DNA of 64,000 bases from Octopus sinensis. Lineage: Eukaryota. A program made the position numbers and the translations under genes. Every line of letters starts with the position of its first letter. Position 1 is the first letter of the stretch. The stretch lies in contig NC_043003.1 of the NCBI RefSeq assembly GCF_006345805.1, positions 83,824,001 to 83,888,000 of the forward strand, given 5' to 3'. Below are positions 11,896 to 26,829 of the stretch, in pieces. Below the pieces are notes generated by a model. The model was not told the DNA's origin. It was given only the letters and a program-made list of their open reading frames with translations, and did no database searches.

Positions 11896-13645
11896 CACAC
11901 ATATATGTTTGAAAAAATGAGTATAGATGGCTTTTGCAGGGATGATTTTTATTTTAATGATAATGTTTACAGTTATTCTAATGAGTTTCAAGCTTTTCCA
12001 CAGCTGTTTTCAAACTGAAATTCTGTGGTTTAGAAGGTTGCTTATATAGCAAAAGATTGTTACTTATAAGTATACAAATAAAACATAAAAATATAAAATA
12101 AAAAAATATTAAAATTAATATAAAAAATAATAGAAGAATGCAAAAAGTAAATACAACAGCATGTGTGAAAAAGAAAAAGAAAAAAAGAAAAAGGTGGAAG
12201 AAAAGGAAAAAAAAAACATGAAGAGCAAGAGGAAAGAAGGAGGAAGGTAAAGAGTAAGAGGAAGACAAAAAAGTAGCTGAAAATGGTAAGAAGAGATTAG
12301 TCTATCAGGAATAAAGAAAAGGAGAGGTAAAAAAAAATGTTGAGTTCTTGTCAAAAGATGACATTTGTGAATCCTTCTGTCTGAGATCACCTTATTCATC
12401 CTTCATAGGTGGTACGGTGTTCCCCCACCTAATCACATACACACACACACACACACATATATATGTACATATACATACACATATATACACACACATACAT
12501 ATGTACACATATGTATACAGGCAAATATCCACACACACACTCACACATACATACATTATATACATATGTATATATATATATGTATGTGTGTGTGTTTGTG
12601 TGTCTGTGTTTGTCGCCCTAGCATTGCTTGACAACCGATGCTGGTGTGTTTACGTCCCTGTCACTTAGCAGTTCGGCAAAAGAGACCAATAGAATAAGTA
12701 CTGGGCTTACAAAGAATAAGTCCCGGGGTTGATTTGCTCGACGAAAGGTGGTGCTCCAGCATGGCCACAGTCAAATGACTGAAACAAGCAAAAGAGCATA
12801 CATAAATAAACAACAGGATATCCAGAGTTGATGCAGTACGACCCAGTCAAGCGGTTCCATTTAATTGAACAATGCAATCATTACATCAATTTAAATGCTG
12901 GGCTATCCTCAGCTGCATAGATAAATAAGTAGAATTTTTTAATTAGTCAGACACATTAATATAATTTTACTTAAATACTCTAATAGAGCAAGAAGACAGA
13001 GAAAGTCCATGCTGCCATTACTGTAGTTTAGAGTATACTAGACTTCAGGAAGAGTATGAAAGTTTGTTGGGGGTCATAGCTTGTAATGGATTTTGGTTCA
13101 GTCTTGTTTATCAATTACCAGATCTAAGACTAGATCTATTTGGAAAGGGCAGGAGTGAGTTGACAGTACATAAATATTGTCAAGAATTTTTTTTTAAGTA
13201 GTATAAAGTAACTAACTACAAAGGAGACTGGGTAGTGGAAGACCCTAAATCAAGATATTAATTACCAGTTAAAGGGGCAAGAAGCTAATAAAAACAAATA
13301 TGTTAATACAGAGGAAATTTTATCATGGGGTACTATAGGTGATTGATTTTTACCTGACACTAACACAGGTGAGGTTAGTTTTGGCATAATTTTTACAGCT
13401 GGATGCCCTTACAAACGCCAACCACCAGGCATTTGCTGTAATGGAGGGGGCATTGGAGGAGGTGATCCTGTGTTAGCTGATGAAAGATTACATTGTCACA
13501 GAGAAATAGAGAGGCAGAAATAGATATCTTGCTACAGAGGAGTAAGAGAGGGGGGAGAAAGAAAGAGAAGTGAGGGAGAGGAAGAGAGAGGGAAGAGGAA
13601 GAGAGGGGAGAGAGGGGAAGAGAAAGAGAGAGGAAGAGAGAGAGA

Positions 13646-13690
<45 letters not shown>

Positions 13691-14286
13691 TGATCAAGAA
13701 TGAGGGCAGAAATAGGTGTGCTGTTGTAGAGGAGATACATGGCTACCCAACCAGAGGGAAGAGCAAGGGAAAGAGAGAATGTGTTGGGGATAGCAAAAGT
13801 GCAAGAGAGTGCAGGAGAGAGATTTTGAAGTGCTAGGATATACTCACAATTAACTAGAACCAGTGCATAGATGTTATGGTAGAGTAAGGAAGAGAGTAGT
13901 ACAGAGATCATAATATATGCAGTAAGGTATTGTCAAGAAGGTGCAAGTAGGGACTGGGGATTGCAGTGGTTGGTGAAAATCTAGGTATAAAAATGGGGTT
14001 GGGGAAAAGCAGCGATACAGTGAGCAGGGCAGTGCGGGCAGGGAAGGGGATTGGAAGACAATCATAGTTTATGAAGAAGAAATGTGAGGAAGAGAAAAAG
14101 ATGCAGTTTAAAAGAGATATAGTTTGTGTGAAAAGCTTGTTGTTACATGTGGGTGGACACAATGCTTCCAGCACTCAGTTTCACAGACATGGGTGGGTCT
14201 TCTCTAGAACTTCATATTGCCAAACATCTCAGTCCATTGTCATTTCTTCTGTGAACCCCAACATCCTACGATCAATGCTCACCACT

Positions 14287-14321
<35 letters not shown>

Positions 14322-16295
14322 TATTAAGTTAGACATGGCCTGTACCAATCTTTTGTTGAAACATATCTAAGTTTTTATATATATATATATATATATATCA
14401 TCATCATCGTTTAACGTCCGTTCTCCATGCTAGCATGGGTTGGACGGCTATATATATATATATATTTTATGTTATTTATCTATTTATTTATTCATTTATC
14501 TATAGGTAAATATTTACATAATAGTAGCCTGTATACTAAGTTTATATATGTACTTTTTTCAATGTATATTTTCATTTTATTTTATGTTATTTATCTATCT
14601 ATCTATTCATTTATGTATATGTGGATATATACATAGTAGCAGTACTATATATTAGGTTTACCTTTGTATTTATCTTAATTTGTATTCTATGGTATTTATC
14701 TATTTATTTATTCATTTATTTATTTATATGTAGATATATACATACATATCCATTATTTATTATAATAATATATATATATGTATACAAGCTTTTACTTATA
14801 TTTTCATTTTAATTTTAATTATTTCATCTTATTTTATTTTATTACATTTTAATTTTAAGTAATTACAATTATTAACTTATAATTAATTTAATTTATTGTT
14901 ATTTACTTATATACTATTTATTGGTAAGTCCTGTTAATTGCTTTATAGGTATTTATATGTCCACTGATATTATTTAATGCTAAATCCTGTTAATTATTAT
15001 ATATGTATTTATGTGTCCACTGATACTTAAAAATATATATATATATAAGTACTACGAATGTTTACACGCACATCATATGTGAAAATATATGGTGTGTATG
15101 TCTGTTGTTACACATGAGTATACATATGGACATGTAGATGTGGGTGTAATTCTATTAGTTCATTGGTGAGGGTTTAAATAGGAAAATATTAGTATTGTAA
15201 TAATACTGGATTTCTTACGTAGGGATGCTATCTGTATAAGCTATAAGGAGTTATTTTGATTATATATCTTAGAATATTAGCGTATTTTGACTTTTTACAA
15301 TTAATTTCTTATAATTTAATTATTATAAACCGATGTTAATTTAGTATATATATATTTTTATGACTTTTGATAGACAAACAGAAATGGGTATTCTATACTT
15401 TATAATTTAGCGAATGTTCGAATAAAACATAGCGGTAAAGTTGTGGACTTTTTTAGTTATAAAATATTATGTTTACGAAAAATACGGTGTCATATGAATT
15501 ATGTACCTTATGACAAATTACACTATCTGGATATAATTATATGTATGTTTGCATTTACTGTTTTATGGACATATGTGAGTGGATCTATTTGTAAATAATT
15601 AGTTAATACCACGGCCATGGTGTCGTCCGGGGTGGCTGGATGTCTGCATGCATGTATGTGCAATCGGTTGAGTTCCTCTGTTTTGCATGTGTATAGTTGC
15701 GATACTACCTCTTATATTATTTATTTATTTATTTATGATTTGGTTGTGTATGTGGGTATGTCTGTGTGTATGTGTGTGGGTGTGTGTGTGTGTGTATACA
15801 TATAACTATGTATGTATGTGCGCACGATTTGTGGATGTGCGTGCGCGTGTGTAAGTTTCCTAGCTAACTAACCGTAAAATTTCCATTGTAATTCAAATTT
15901 AAAACTATAAGCCAATCGAATCTATCTATGAAAATCAATACCATGCGGGCAGAGGAATTCGACTGATTGAGTATATATGTGGATGTCTGCTTGCTTTGCA
16001 TGGTACAATCGTGGTTGTTATTATTATTATTAATATTAATTTTATTGACTTTTTGTGTAATGACACATTTTAATAGATTGGACTGTTCAATATATATGCC
16101 TGCTTTAAATGTGAGTGTACATGTTGTATTTCCTTGATGTTGGTTATAGAACATTATTGTGTTTGTTAATGTATATTGATCTATATTGTTTATATTGTAT
16201 TATTGTGTATATATATATATATGTAGGAATATGAGTGTGTATGCACACATATTTATATTTATATGTAAATTTTTTTCATACTTGCATTAAATTCT

Positions 16296-16402
16296 CTGAA
16301 GAGGCCATGAGACATTCCTGTTAATGTCTCATTTATACCTGCTTTATATGGCTAATAGGTTAAATGGGACATACCTATCTTCACGGCCGAAACAGCTGTC
16401 AG
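16296..16402 (+). ncRNA. Type-I hammerhead-like motif with canonical core and extended stem II
   Basis: CU CUGAAGA GGCC [78 nt including the perfect 10-bp hairpin atgagacatt/aatgtctcat] GGCC GAAA CAGCUG UC AG. Stem III is the palindrome ACAGCUGU, the cleavage triplet is GUC, and stem I is only 2 bp. Confidence 0.7.
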
Positions 16403-16791
16403 CTACAATGTAAATGTATTTTCTATTTCTATTTCTATGTCTTGTTATATTTGTACTATATTAATGTATAATATCATTGCTATTGTGTAATGGTTTAATA
16501 AAGTATTGATTGGGTATTATCTGATGGTTGATGATTGATTTAGATATATTTCTCCATTTTCTCATTTTGTATATATATATATATATATACGTATATATAA
16601 ATACACATACACACACAGATATATACATATATATACATACACACATATATACATACATATATATACACATATACAAATACACACATATATATACATATAC
16701 ACACACATATATATATACACACACACATATATACATACATATATATACACATATACACACATATATATATGCACACATATATATATACATT

Positions 16792-16823
<32 letters not shown>

Positions 16824-18031
16824 CACACACATACACATATATATACATATATCATCATCATCATTTAATGTCCGCTTTCCATGCTGGCACGGGTTGGACG
16901 GTTGGACAGGGGAAACCAATCAATTTCAAAAACAGGGTCTGTTTACTCAATACATGATACTATACAGTATTCTCAGATTTCTGGAAGCCAGATAAATGGT
17001 CCAGTACTGTATTACTTTCAAAAGCACTGGATTAAATTTAAATATAACAAAGTCCTTACAATGGGTGAAATTGAAATGTAAAAACTTTCTTTCCTTGCTA
17101 TTAATATTCACAAAAAAAAAAGGAGTCTCCTAATGGATCATTTCACTTTGTTGACTGCTTCTCAGAGAAGACATAACTTGGTTTCTTCAAACAACATAGG
17201 TCAGATATTATATTAAAAAGTCATGGATTAGACTATCATCATGGTGGATTGCTTAATTTGCATTCTTCTACTTCTGATGATGCTGCTGATTTGGGAAGGA
17301 AACCAAGGACATCTTTTCTGAGGAGTGGTTAACAAACTGTGAAATCTGTGACAAACTGTGCCAAGAGAACCATTTCCTCTTTTTTCTATACATCAATAAA
17401 ATTGAATGGCAAATTTACATTTTATGAGTCTATGTGATATATTTTAATTTATTTCAGTTCTGTTTTATGGTGGTTATGCATAAAAAAGATATTGATTACT
17501 TTTAATTCCCCGCCCACTCTCTCACACTGACTGTCTCTCTATCTTTCTCTCCAACTATCTCTACTTCCTCTCTTTTTCCTATTGAGGTAAAGAAGTATCT
17601 TCTCTGTAGTAAGATACCTATCTCTATCTCTCTGTTATACTCTAACCTCTCACCTGGAACAATGCTACTTCCCATGGTTCCAGCCCCTTTCCAAACTGAG
17701 AGGTTTTCATCCTGCAAGTTACTTGGTGACCCCACTGGAATGCAATTTTGGAGATGGAAACTATATTGAAGCCTATTGTGTGTGTGTGTGTGTGTTTAAA
17801 TGAATATAAGTGAAGTATTTAGTCTAGGTTTAAACAATCAAATGGTATAAAAGGAGGAACTCAATTGTAACCAATATTTTGGATTTACTAATTACTACCA
17901 TAGGACAAAATGGCATTAGTTGGAACACATTTTACAAAAATGCTTATTTTTAACAAATGGTTATATTGATAAGTCTACTTCAGTTATTTATAGCTATGTG
18001 CACAACTCAGAAAACACATTCAATAAAAGCT

Positions 18032-18064
<33 letters not shown>

Positions 18065-18831
18065 GTGGGAGGAGATTCCCATAAAAAGTAAATTTTATGA
18101 TGAAAGTCTAATTTTTTTAACTTGACCTGGAATGTTATAGTACATGACAAAAGACAGAAGTGATAGGAGAATTCAAAAATTACGTTGGCATCATTTCAAT
18201 ATTCAATATCACTTAACTTCAACTGGGTGTGATTGTCATTCTAGTTTGTTGCCTACTCTCTCGCTTGTAGGTTAATGGATTAACAAGAAACATGAGCTTC
18301 AACTGTTGTACAGAAAAAAAAAAATGCAAACTATGCCACTGCATTAATTGTATGTATATGTCAGCATTATCTGATATTGTGAATTTGGAGCATGAATAAT
18401 CTTTGCTCAGAGCATGTTTCAAGATTTTGATTGTTACACCAGTTTTGTTCATTATAACCATAATGGTGCACCATTTTTTCTTCCTTGCAAATGCACAAAA
18501 AAACAGTCCTCCACCACTGCATTCATGTTTTCAAGTTTCTTAAGAAAATGATGCAACCAATCTGTGCCCACACATTTATTCCATGCCCTTCATAGGCTGG
18601 AGTATCTTCAGGTAAAGCTGACTCACATATTCAGATGTTGACTTTGTTCTGAGTTTAGTGCTTCACCATTTGCCAATGTAGCTCCAAATATGGGATTAGT
18701 TTGAACATAATCCAGCTAACGCCATGCCCTAATGAGCAGGTAGCTATGTTAAGATTAGCATCTTCAATAATCACCAAGAGAAAGAATTGTCTTCAACAAT
18801 GTTTATTAATAATGCTAAACATTTTTATATA

Positions 18832-19224
18832 GGCATAGGAATGGCTGTGTGGTAGGTAGCTTGCTTACCAACCACATGGTTCCGGGTTCAGTCCCACTGC
18901 GTGGCACCTTGGGCAAGTGTCTTCTACTATAGCTTCAGGCTGACCAAAGCCTTGTGATTGCATTTGGTAGACGGAAACTGAAAGAAGCCCATTGTATATA
19001 TGTGTGTGTGTATGTTTGTGCATCTGTGTTTGTTCCCCACAACATCGCTTGACAACTGATGCCGGTGTGTTTACATCCCCGTAACATAGCGGTTCAGCAA
19101 AAGAGACCAATAGAATAAGCACTAGGCTTACAAAGAATAAGTCCTGGGGTCGATTTGCTCGACTAAAGGTGGTGCTCCAGCATGGCCACAGTCAAAATGA
19201 CTGAAACAAGTAAAAGAGTAAAAG
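18832..19224 (+). mobile_element. tRNA-derived SINE, major family, full length
   Basis: Complete head-to-tail match to 49830-50222. Confidence 0.9.
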
Positions 19225-19804
19225 AGAATAAAAGAAAATACATAATGCACAGTTTGTTGTATACATGTTAGTATGAATCAAGAAATAATGAAACTGCCAA
19301 AGCATAATCAAGGTAGATTTTTTCAGTAACAAATCAATGTTTAAGTCTACACTCATTACATAAGTCAACCCTGCTCCTTGTTTGGTTACAGATTTACTGA
19401 GAATCTGGGACATCCTCAAGGTTTGGATGGATCAGATAACCAGAGCATGCACAGAAAACAGAGGGAAATAGAAGATTTGGCAACAGAATGATAAAAGTTA
19501 AAAATGCACTTTTAGTATTTGCTTTTGCTAACAATTATAATTGCACATCAATATGTACAGATTCCACTTACATGGATCTTTTAAGAATGATTTGGAGTAG
19601 TTTACTATATTTCACTTGAGTTGAAAATTTTGGTGTCATGCATCACTTCTGAGCATAACACAAAATACACGCACACACACACATGCATGTGGACAGGCAG
19701 ACAGATAGATAGACAGGATGATAGGCAGACAGATAGATAGACAGGATGATAGGCAGACAGATAGACTGGCAGACAAACAGACACATAGATAGATATATAT
19801 ATAT

Positions 19805-19849
<45 letters not shown>

Positions 19850-20636
19850 CAGACAGATGACAGGCTCCTTTCAGTTTCCATCAACCAAATCCACTCTTAA
19901 GGCTTTCATCAGCCCTGAGCTATAGTTAAATACACTAGCTGAAAGTGTTGCACAGTGGGACTGAACCCAAGACCACATGATTGGGAAGCAAGCTTCTGAC
20001 CACACAGCCATGATTGTGCCTGTCACAAGTGGAATATTTGCCAAAACTTTGTATCTATTTACATTTTGATAATCAATGCAAAAAAATATTGGTTTAAAAT
20101 TTTGACACAAAGCCAGCAATTTTGGGGGAGGGGGTTAAGTCGATTACATCAACTCACATGTTCAACTGGTATTTATTTCATTGACCCCAAAAGGAATTTG
20201 AACTCAGGATGTAAAGATAGACAAAATGCCACAAAGCATTTTGCCCAGCATGCTAACAATTCTACCAGCTTGCCACCTCAAGACAAAGAAATATTTCCTC
20301 TTGTAATGTATAAGCAAAAATATCTATGACTGATGACACAAACCTTCTGACATATCCAGTTCAGGTCTTATGATTTATCATGTGATATGTCTAATGATTA
20401 TCCTTGTGACACATCTTGTGACACAGGCAAATATGCATACCTAGCACAATGGAAAAGAGGTTTGTTTTGCAATCATGTGATCCTAGCTTTAATCCTGCAA
20501 GTCTTAACTACCAGAGTCTCTTCAGTTGATTAATGCCTTGTGAGAGGAATTTGACAAATGGGAAATGCATAGAAGCCATTCTGTGTGTGTGTGTGTGTGT
20601 GTGTTACTGTATTTGTGGCTGTGGATATTTATGTGT

Positions 20637-20691
<55 letters not shown>

Positions 20692-21028
20692 TATATACAT
20701 ACATATATGTACATACCTACATATATATGTATATATACATGCATATATGGGTACAGGACATCAAAAAAACATGGAACACAATGAGAAACAAAAACATAGA
20801 AATGAACTTTTTTCAAACAACGAATAAACAGAGTACAAGACATACAACACCAGGAATATTCCCCTTCTTCAGTTGTTCGCATATATAAATGTGTGAGTCT
20901 GTTCATGTATTTATGTGTGTATATGCATGTGTGTACTTGCATGTGTGTGTATATATATGAGTGTGTATGTGTATGTATAGTGTATACATGTGTATTTGTG
21001 TATTACTGTATTTATGTGTGTGTCTATA

Positions 21029-21150
21029 TACAAGGTGGGTCATAATGTTGGGACAGTTATGTAATAAATATATTTGGTAACCTATGTGATTTCAATAATC
21101 CAAGATACAAGCATTTAAAAAGTGTCCCATCATAATGGCTCACCCTCTGT
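21029..21150. mobile_element. Small Tc1/mariner-type MITE
   Basis: Imperfect terminal inverted repeats of about 26 bp (tacaaggtgggtcataatgttgggaca / tgtcccatcataatggctcaccctctgt). Confidence 0.55.
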
Positions 21151-22284
21151 GTGTGAGTGAGTGTGTGTGTGTGAGAGAGAGAGAAAGAGAGAGAGTGACA
21201 AAGAGAGAGATGTTTACTGGTTTAGATCAGTGGGGGATCTGACTGCCCTTATGCCAAAAACAATAATTTCACAATTTGATAAATAGAGATTAATAAAACG
21301 AAATAAGAACTAAACTGTAATAATTAACACAGATGACAGGAATGATACTAAGCTTGTAAAAATCAGTGCACCAGCATGGCCATAGATCAAATGATTGTAA
21401 TGAGTAAAAAATATAGATTTAAAGGTATTTTATCACTAGTAAATATTACAGCCACAAGTATCAAAAGCAAATCATATTATGTATCTATATATAAACATCA
21501 TCATCACCACCACCAACATCATCATCAGTAGTAGTAGTAGTAGTAGTGTTTTAACATCTGCTTTGCCATGTCAGACAAAATTTATTGATGCAAATTTCTT
21601 CTTCTTGTCACCAACCTGTAACCTATTTCCATACAAAGTATTATTTCACTTGTTCCTTTAAATAACAAAGAGCTACATGGCTGAGCACATTTACACAGCA
21701 GATTGTAAACAATAGCACCATTTTGTGTGAATGGTGACTTTGTTTTTAGTCAACATACAAACATCAACACATACACACAGAAATCTATAAAAGTGGTAAG
21801 GTAAATTCCAAGATTAACACCTGAATTAAATTATTTTATACATATACATACATACATATACACACACACACGTATGCATTTCATCATCCTTTAATAATGA
21901 TGATGATACGTATACATACATGTGTGTGTGTGTATACATATATATATGCATTAACACGTACATAAAAGACTTCTTAGCTTCTATCCACTAATTCCATTCA
22001 CAAGGCACTGGTCAACCCCAGGGCATATTAGAAGACACCTGTCTATAGTGCTGTACAGTGAGAATGAACCTTGATCCTCATGATTACAAATTGAACTTCT
22101 TAACCACATGACTATGGCTGTGTCTAAATGAACGAAGTTTTATTGTAGTTCATTTTGGGAAGAAATACTCTAGTCATTTTGTCTTCCATATAACCTGTGA
22201 ATTATTCAGCATAAGACTTGTTTGGTAAAAGTGGACTCTAAAAATAAAGTAACTTTCAAGAAAAGATGCTTTTGCTCAGTAATT

Positions 22285-22560
22285 ATCATCATCATCATTT
22301 AATGTCCGCTTTCCATGCTAGCATGAGTTGGACGATTTGACTGAGGGCTGGCGAACCAGATGGCTGCACCAGGCTTCAATCTTGATCTGGCAGAGTTTCT
22401 ACAGCTGGATGCTCTTCCTAACGCCAACCACTCCAAGAGTGTAGTGTGTGCTTTTACGTGCCACCGGCACAAGGCCAGTCAGGCGATGCTGGTAACAATC
22501 ATGCTCAAATGGTGTCTTTTACGTGCCACCAGCACGGCGGCCTGATAGCCACTATGGCAA
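22285..22560 (-). mobile_element. RTE 3'UTR/tail fragment
   Basis: (CAT)n tail and tttacgtgccacc units. Confidence 0.85.
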
Positions 22561-22850
22561 TGATCATGCTTGGATGGTGGTCTTAACACCCTAATAGCAC
22601 GGGGCTTGTTAAAAAAAATTACACTTCCCATCCTAATTTCAACACTTCTTGAGATACCTAAATGGGCATACATTCAAGAAAGCAAATGTAGTAAAAACAG
22701 TGGCATATAATATTCAGTGACTGGACATGTTAAATGAGGCAAGATGAATCATTAATATTCTGCACAAAAGTAGCACAAAAACGTTTATCACAGGAGAGAA
22801 AGATGTTTTGTTTTTTAATCAGCACAGTATCACCAAATCCTTTGCATTAT

Positions 22851-23215
22851 CTCTATATATATAAACAGCAAAATGTCTGCATGCGTGTCCTTTATACAAA
22901 TCCACAATTTTTCAGTTAGAGGGCTCGTACTTTCTATTGTCATTCAAAACCGTCCAAGGGTGGTCGTGCACATCTTTACATTTCCCCAGTCACCCTGCAA
23001 AGCCATTAAAAAATCAATAGAAGTGACTTTTGTGTGAATTTTCTATCTAAAACCCAATCAAAATGTCCAAAACTTGATATGCCAATTGAATGCCAGCTAG
23101 CTGTATGTGATTGGTCTGAGATTTGGACAGTACTTGCGTGTATGTGTGCACACACGCAGCTGTATATGCATGCACTAGCATTATAACCCGGCGTTGCCCA
23201 GGTCATAGTGCTAGT
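22851..23215 (+). mobile_element. Non-autonomous Helitron-like element
   Basis: 5' ctctatatatataaa and 3' hairpin acccggcgttgcccaggt followed by gctagt. A second copy lies at 35051-35691. Confidence 0.75.
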
Positions 23216-24780
23216 CTATTTATAAAGGGGTTTACAGTCTGGCTTGACTTCTTGCACAAGACCAGACTGAGATCATTTACTGGACTGATGTTTGCCATTT
23301 ACATATCTTCTCTGAGTTGGGTTTTCTGTATATTCATTGTCCATTTCAGCAGATTCTTAAAACTGTCATAAGACAAACAATATTAGAGATAGAATTTTTT
23401 AAAAAGTATAAAAATCTAGTTGGAAAATGAATTCCCATGGTCACAGATAATTTAACAGAAATTACTGCAATTATGTACATCACTGAATGTGTCTGACTGT
23501 TTATTTGGTATATAACATTCCATTTGTTTCTAGCTGGTCTACAAACAGGTCTGGGGGTGGAATATGGTGCAGCATACATTACTGTTAACTGGAGACTAAC
23601 TCTTAGAGGGAAAGAGGACTACAAATATACAACAGCAACAACAACAACAATAACAAGATAAAAATCAAGAAATATTTGGGTCAGGCATTAAAGTGAAATT
23701 TTATGAAAGAGAGAATATAGAAAAGAGTTCATTATCATCATCATAATCATTATTTAACGTCTCTTTTCCATGCTGGCATGGGTTGGATGGTTTGACTGGA
23801 GCTGGTAAGGCCAAGGGCTGCACCAAGCTCCGTTGTCTGTTCTAGCATGGTTTCTACAGCTGGATGCCCTTTCTAATGCCAACCACTTCATAAAGTGCAC
23901 TGGGTGCTTTCAACATGTCACCAGCACCAGTATCAATTCTTTTGCGGCAGACAAGTCTTCTTTTACATTAAATACCATACAATGTAAAATTTTGATTTAT
24001 TAAAATTTCTGCTTTTAGAGAATGTGTCATAATTAACAAATTGCTATTAATACCATCTCCAAATGAGAAGAGGAGATAATGTCAAGAATCAAGAGTTCTC
24101 CCATGTTGGCATGCCATTAAAGAAAAGAACATTTTTATTGTCTGGAAATAAGGGGACAGTCGAGTACACATGTTTCAGGCTCAATAGCTGTTATCAGCAC
24201 AACTGTCTGACCTTATACAAAAAAATAAAACACATTTATGGCCTAAGTAATTTACATGATTTAAACAAAAAGAGCTAAGATATATAACTCAAAGTGATCA
24301 GTGGCATAATGTTTGGAGAAATTTGGATTCTCAAGAGTATATTGGAGCAGAGCATTCTATGCCAAGGTGCCCTTTTTGATACCAGCCTATCCAAACATAC
24401 AAGATTATAGAGAGAACTAGAAACAAGTTTTTACAACCAGTGAACACATTTGAAGACAAGGGGAAATACAAACTCACTAATGGTTTTTTATCTCATTCTG
24501 TTAATTTTATGTGTGTGTGTGGGGGTTAGAGGTTATGCAACCATCTAAGGGATAATAAATATCCAATATACTACTGGGTGTATACCTACTTATTCATATC
24601 CAAGAGCTTACTATTACAGGGCAATATCACAATTGAATACTAGGTATGAGTGGGGGTAAAGCAGAAATTTACCTAGAATTTATAAGGCAAATAAAAAAAT
24701 GGAGAGGATAATCAATCAATAAACATCAGCCTGTAGATATTCATTTATATCTATTTATTAATTGATTACAATTATATACT

Positions 24781-25173
24781 CTTTTACTTGTTTCAGTCAT
24801 TTGACTGCGGCCATGCTGGAGCACCGCCTTTAATCGAGCAGCTCGACCCCGGGACTTATTCTTTTGTAAGCCCAGTACTTATTCTATCGGTCTCTTTTGC
24901 CGAACCGCTAAGTAATGGGGACATAAACACACCAGCATCGGTTGTCAAGCAATGCTAGGGGGACAAACACAGACACACAAATACACACACGCATATATAT
25001 ATATACAATATCGACGGGCTTTCTTTTCAGTTTCCGTCTACCAATCCACTCACAAGGCTTTGGTCAGCCCGAGGCTATAATAGAAGACACTTGCCCAAGG
25101 TGCCATGCAGTGGGACTGAACCCGAACCATGTGGTTGGTAGACAAGCAACTTACCACACAGCCACTCCTGCGC
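24781..25173 (-). mobile_element. tRNA-derived SINE, major family, full length
   Basis: Reverse complement of the 49830-50222 copy. Confidence 0.9.
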
Positions 25174-25291
25174 TTAAGTATGTATAAGTAATCAAAATAA
25201 ACCAATGAAATAAGCAAGTAAACAAGTAAATAAATAGATAAATAAAAATAAACAAATGAATAAGAATAATTGAGTGAATAAATACTAAGCT

Positions 25292-25431
25292 CTTACAGCT
25301 GTTTCTACTATGGGGTTGCCCAATCTGCTAAGTTTTCCACATCATGCCAGTAATATACAGGGATTTTACTGAGGTTGAACAAACATTGGACAAATGTTGG
25401 ACAATAACTGAGCCCCAAAGCTTCATCAGAG
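25292..25431 (-). ncRNA. Degenerate type-I hammerhead-like motif with long stem II insertion
   Basis: CU CUGAUGA AGCUUUGGGG ... CCCCAUAGUA GAAA CAGCUG UA AG. It has the same ACAGCUGU palindrome and 2-bp stem I as 16296-16402. Confidence 0.6.
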
Positions 25432-26781
25432 TTATAATGTTAGGAATCTAATATGTGAGAAAGCAAGGTAAAATAATAGAATAAAATAAAATAATAACAT
25501 AATAGAAATAGTAAGGAATGGTAAAAATGTCGATTTCAAGGTGATGTCCTATAATCCATCGGATTACATCTTATGCTAAAGAAAGTCACTTCCAGGAGTA
25601 ATTTCCTAAGATTATGAGAGTTACATCCTATTTCAATTTTACTGGGGGAGCTAGCAGGGGTAAGACATTGCGGAGTGAGTTTAATGGGATGGTCCATATC
25701 ACAGGGGTCAAAAGTTAGAGGCTAACTGCTATTTAATAGAGCATCATAAAAAGAATTGAGAAAGTTAACTAATGTGAACTTATTTGGAGAAATCAATAAA
25801 TAAGTATATCAATGAAAGAATAATTTGGGTAAAACCTTAATGTGATGTTACTACTAATTACTAATTAGTTATTAACAAAAACCCACATACTAATACCCCA
25901 TTGTTAATCCTATAACTTAATTGGTCTGATAATATTTGAAAACAATGGAGATGTTTAGGTCCTTTAAATCAATCAATAAAACACAACACAAAAATAAAAA
26001 AATAAAAAAACATAAAACAAAAGACCAAACTAATTTAAACACTGGACTATATGAACCGTATATGAGACAGAACTCTAATTTAAGATATATAAATAATATG
26101 CATATATGGTTACAAGATGTCACCAACTGTAAACAACATGAAGTATGAAAACAAGTGAGTTAAATACACAAACAATGAGAGAAAAAATATTGATAACAGG
26201 ACAAGTAATTTACTACATTTTACTACACAGTCATGCCTGTACCTAGCCACATCATCGTTTAATGTCCATGTTCTCTGCTAGCATGGATGGGACTTCTATA
26301 TATTTTATTGTGTCTAGGGAGATTCATTATGCCATTATTATTAACACACACAGAGAAACACATATGCACACACACACACTCACAAGTACATAAACAAACA
26401 TACACAGAAGCATGCATACATATACACATACATAGATACGCAAGCACATGCACAGAGTGGCACACACAAACATGCACAGACAAATGCAGTCTCCATAGTG
26501 GACTAAGAGAAATGTCACTGAAAAGGTTGCAAATATCAATGAAAGAGCTTTGATAAAAAACAAACAAAAACAAGACTTACTGTTTAATCAAGTTAGACAA
26601 AGAATCAATTAGTTAATTGGATATTTAACCAACCATCTAATAATAAAGGAATGGAATTGAACCAGTGCATGTGTTAATAATGGTATGATGACTTTCCCTA
26701 GACACAACAAAATTTGTTTCAACACATGAATTCACATAAAGAATCTTGCAAACCAGATGCAAAAACGAAGTGTGTACGTGT

Positions 26782-26825
<44 letters not shown>

Positions 26826-26829
<4 letters not shown>

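Noticed and set aside
18626-18714. Possible minus-strand exon LDYVQTNPIFG..HLN with donor AT|gtgagt as the missing upstream phospho-lyase exon
   Set aside because: The acceptor is weak and the peptide lacks the conserved LRxxxIG that precedes the SC-LFF motif in this family.
20340-20490. Possible decayed C2H2 zinc-finger repeats
   Set aside because: There is no intact CxxC..H..H or TGEKP linker in any frame.
23290-23360. Possible first exon MNIQKTQLREDI| joining exon 11552 in phase
   Set aside because: Similarity to the expected N-terminus is only vague. Unsupported without RNA evidence.
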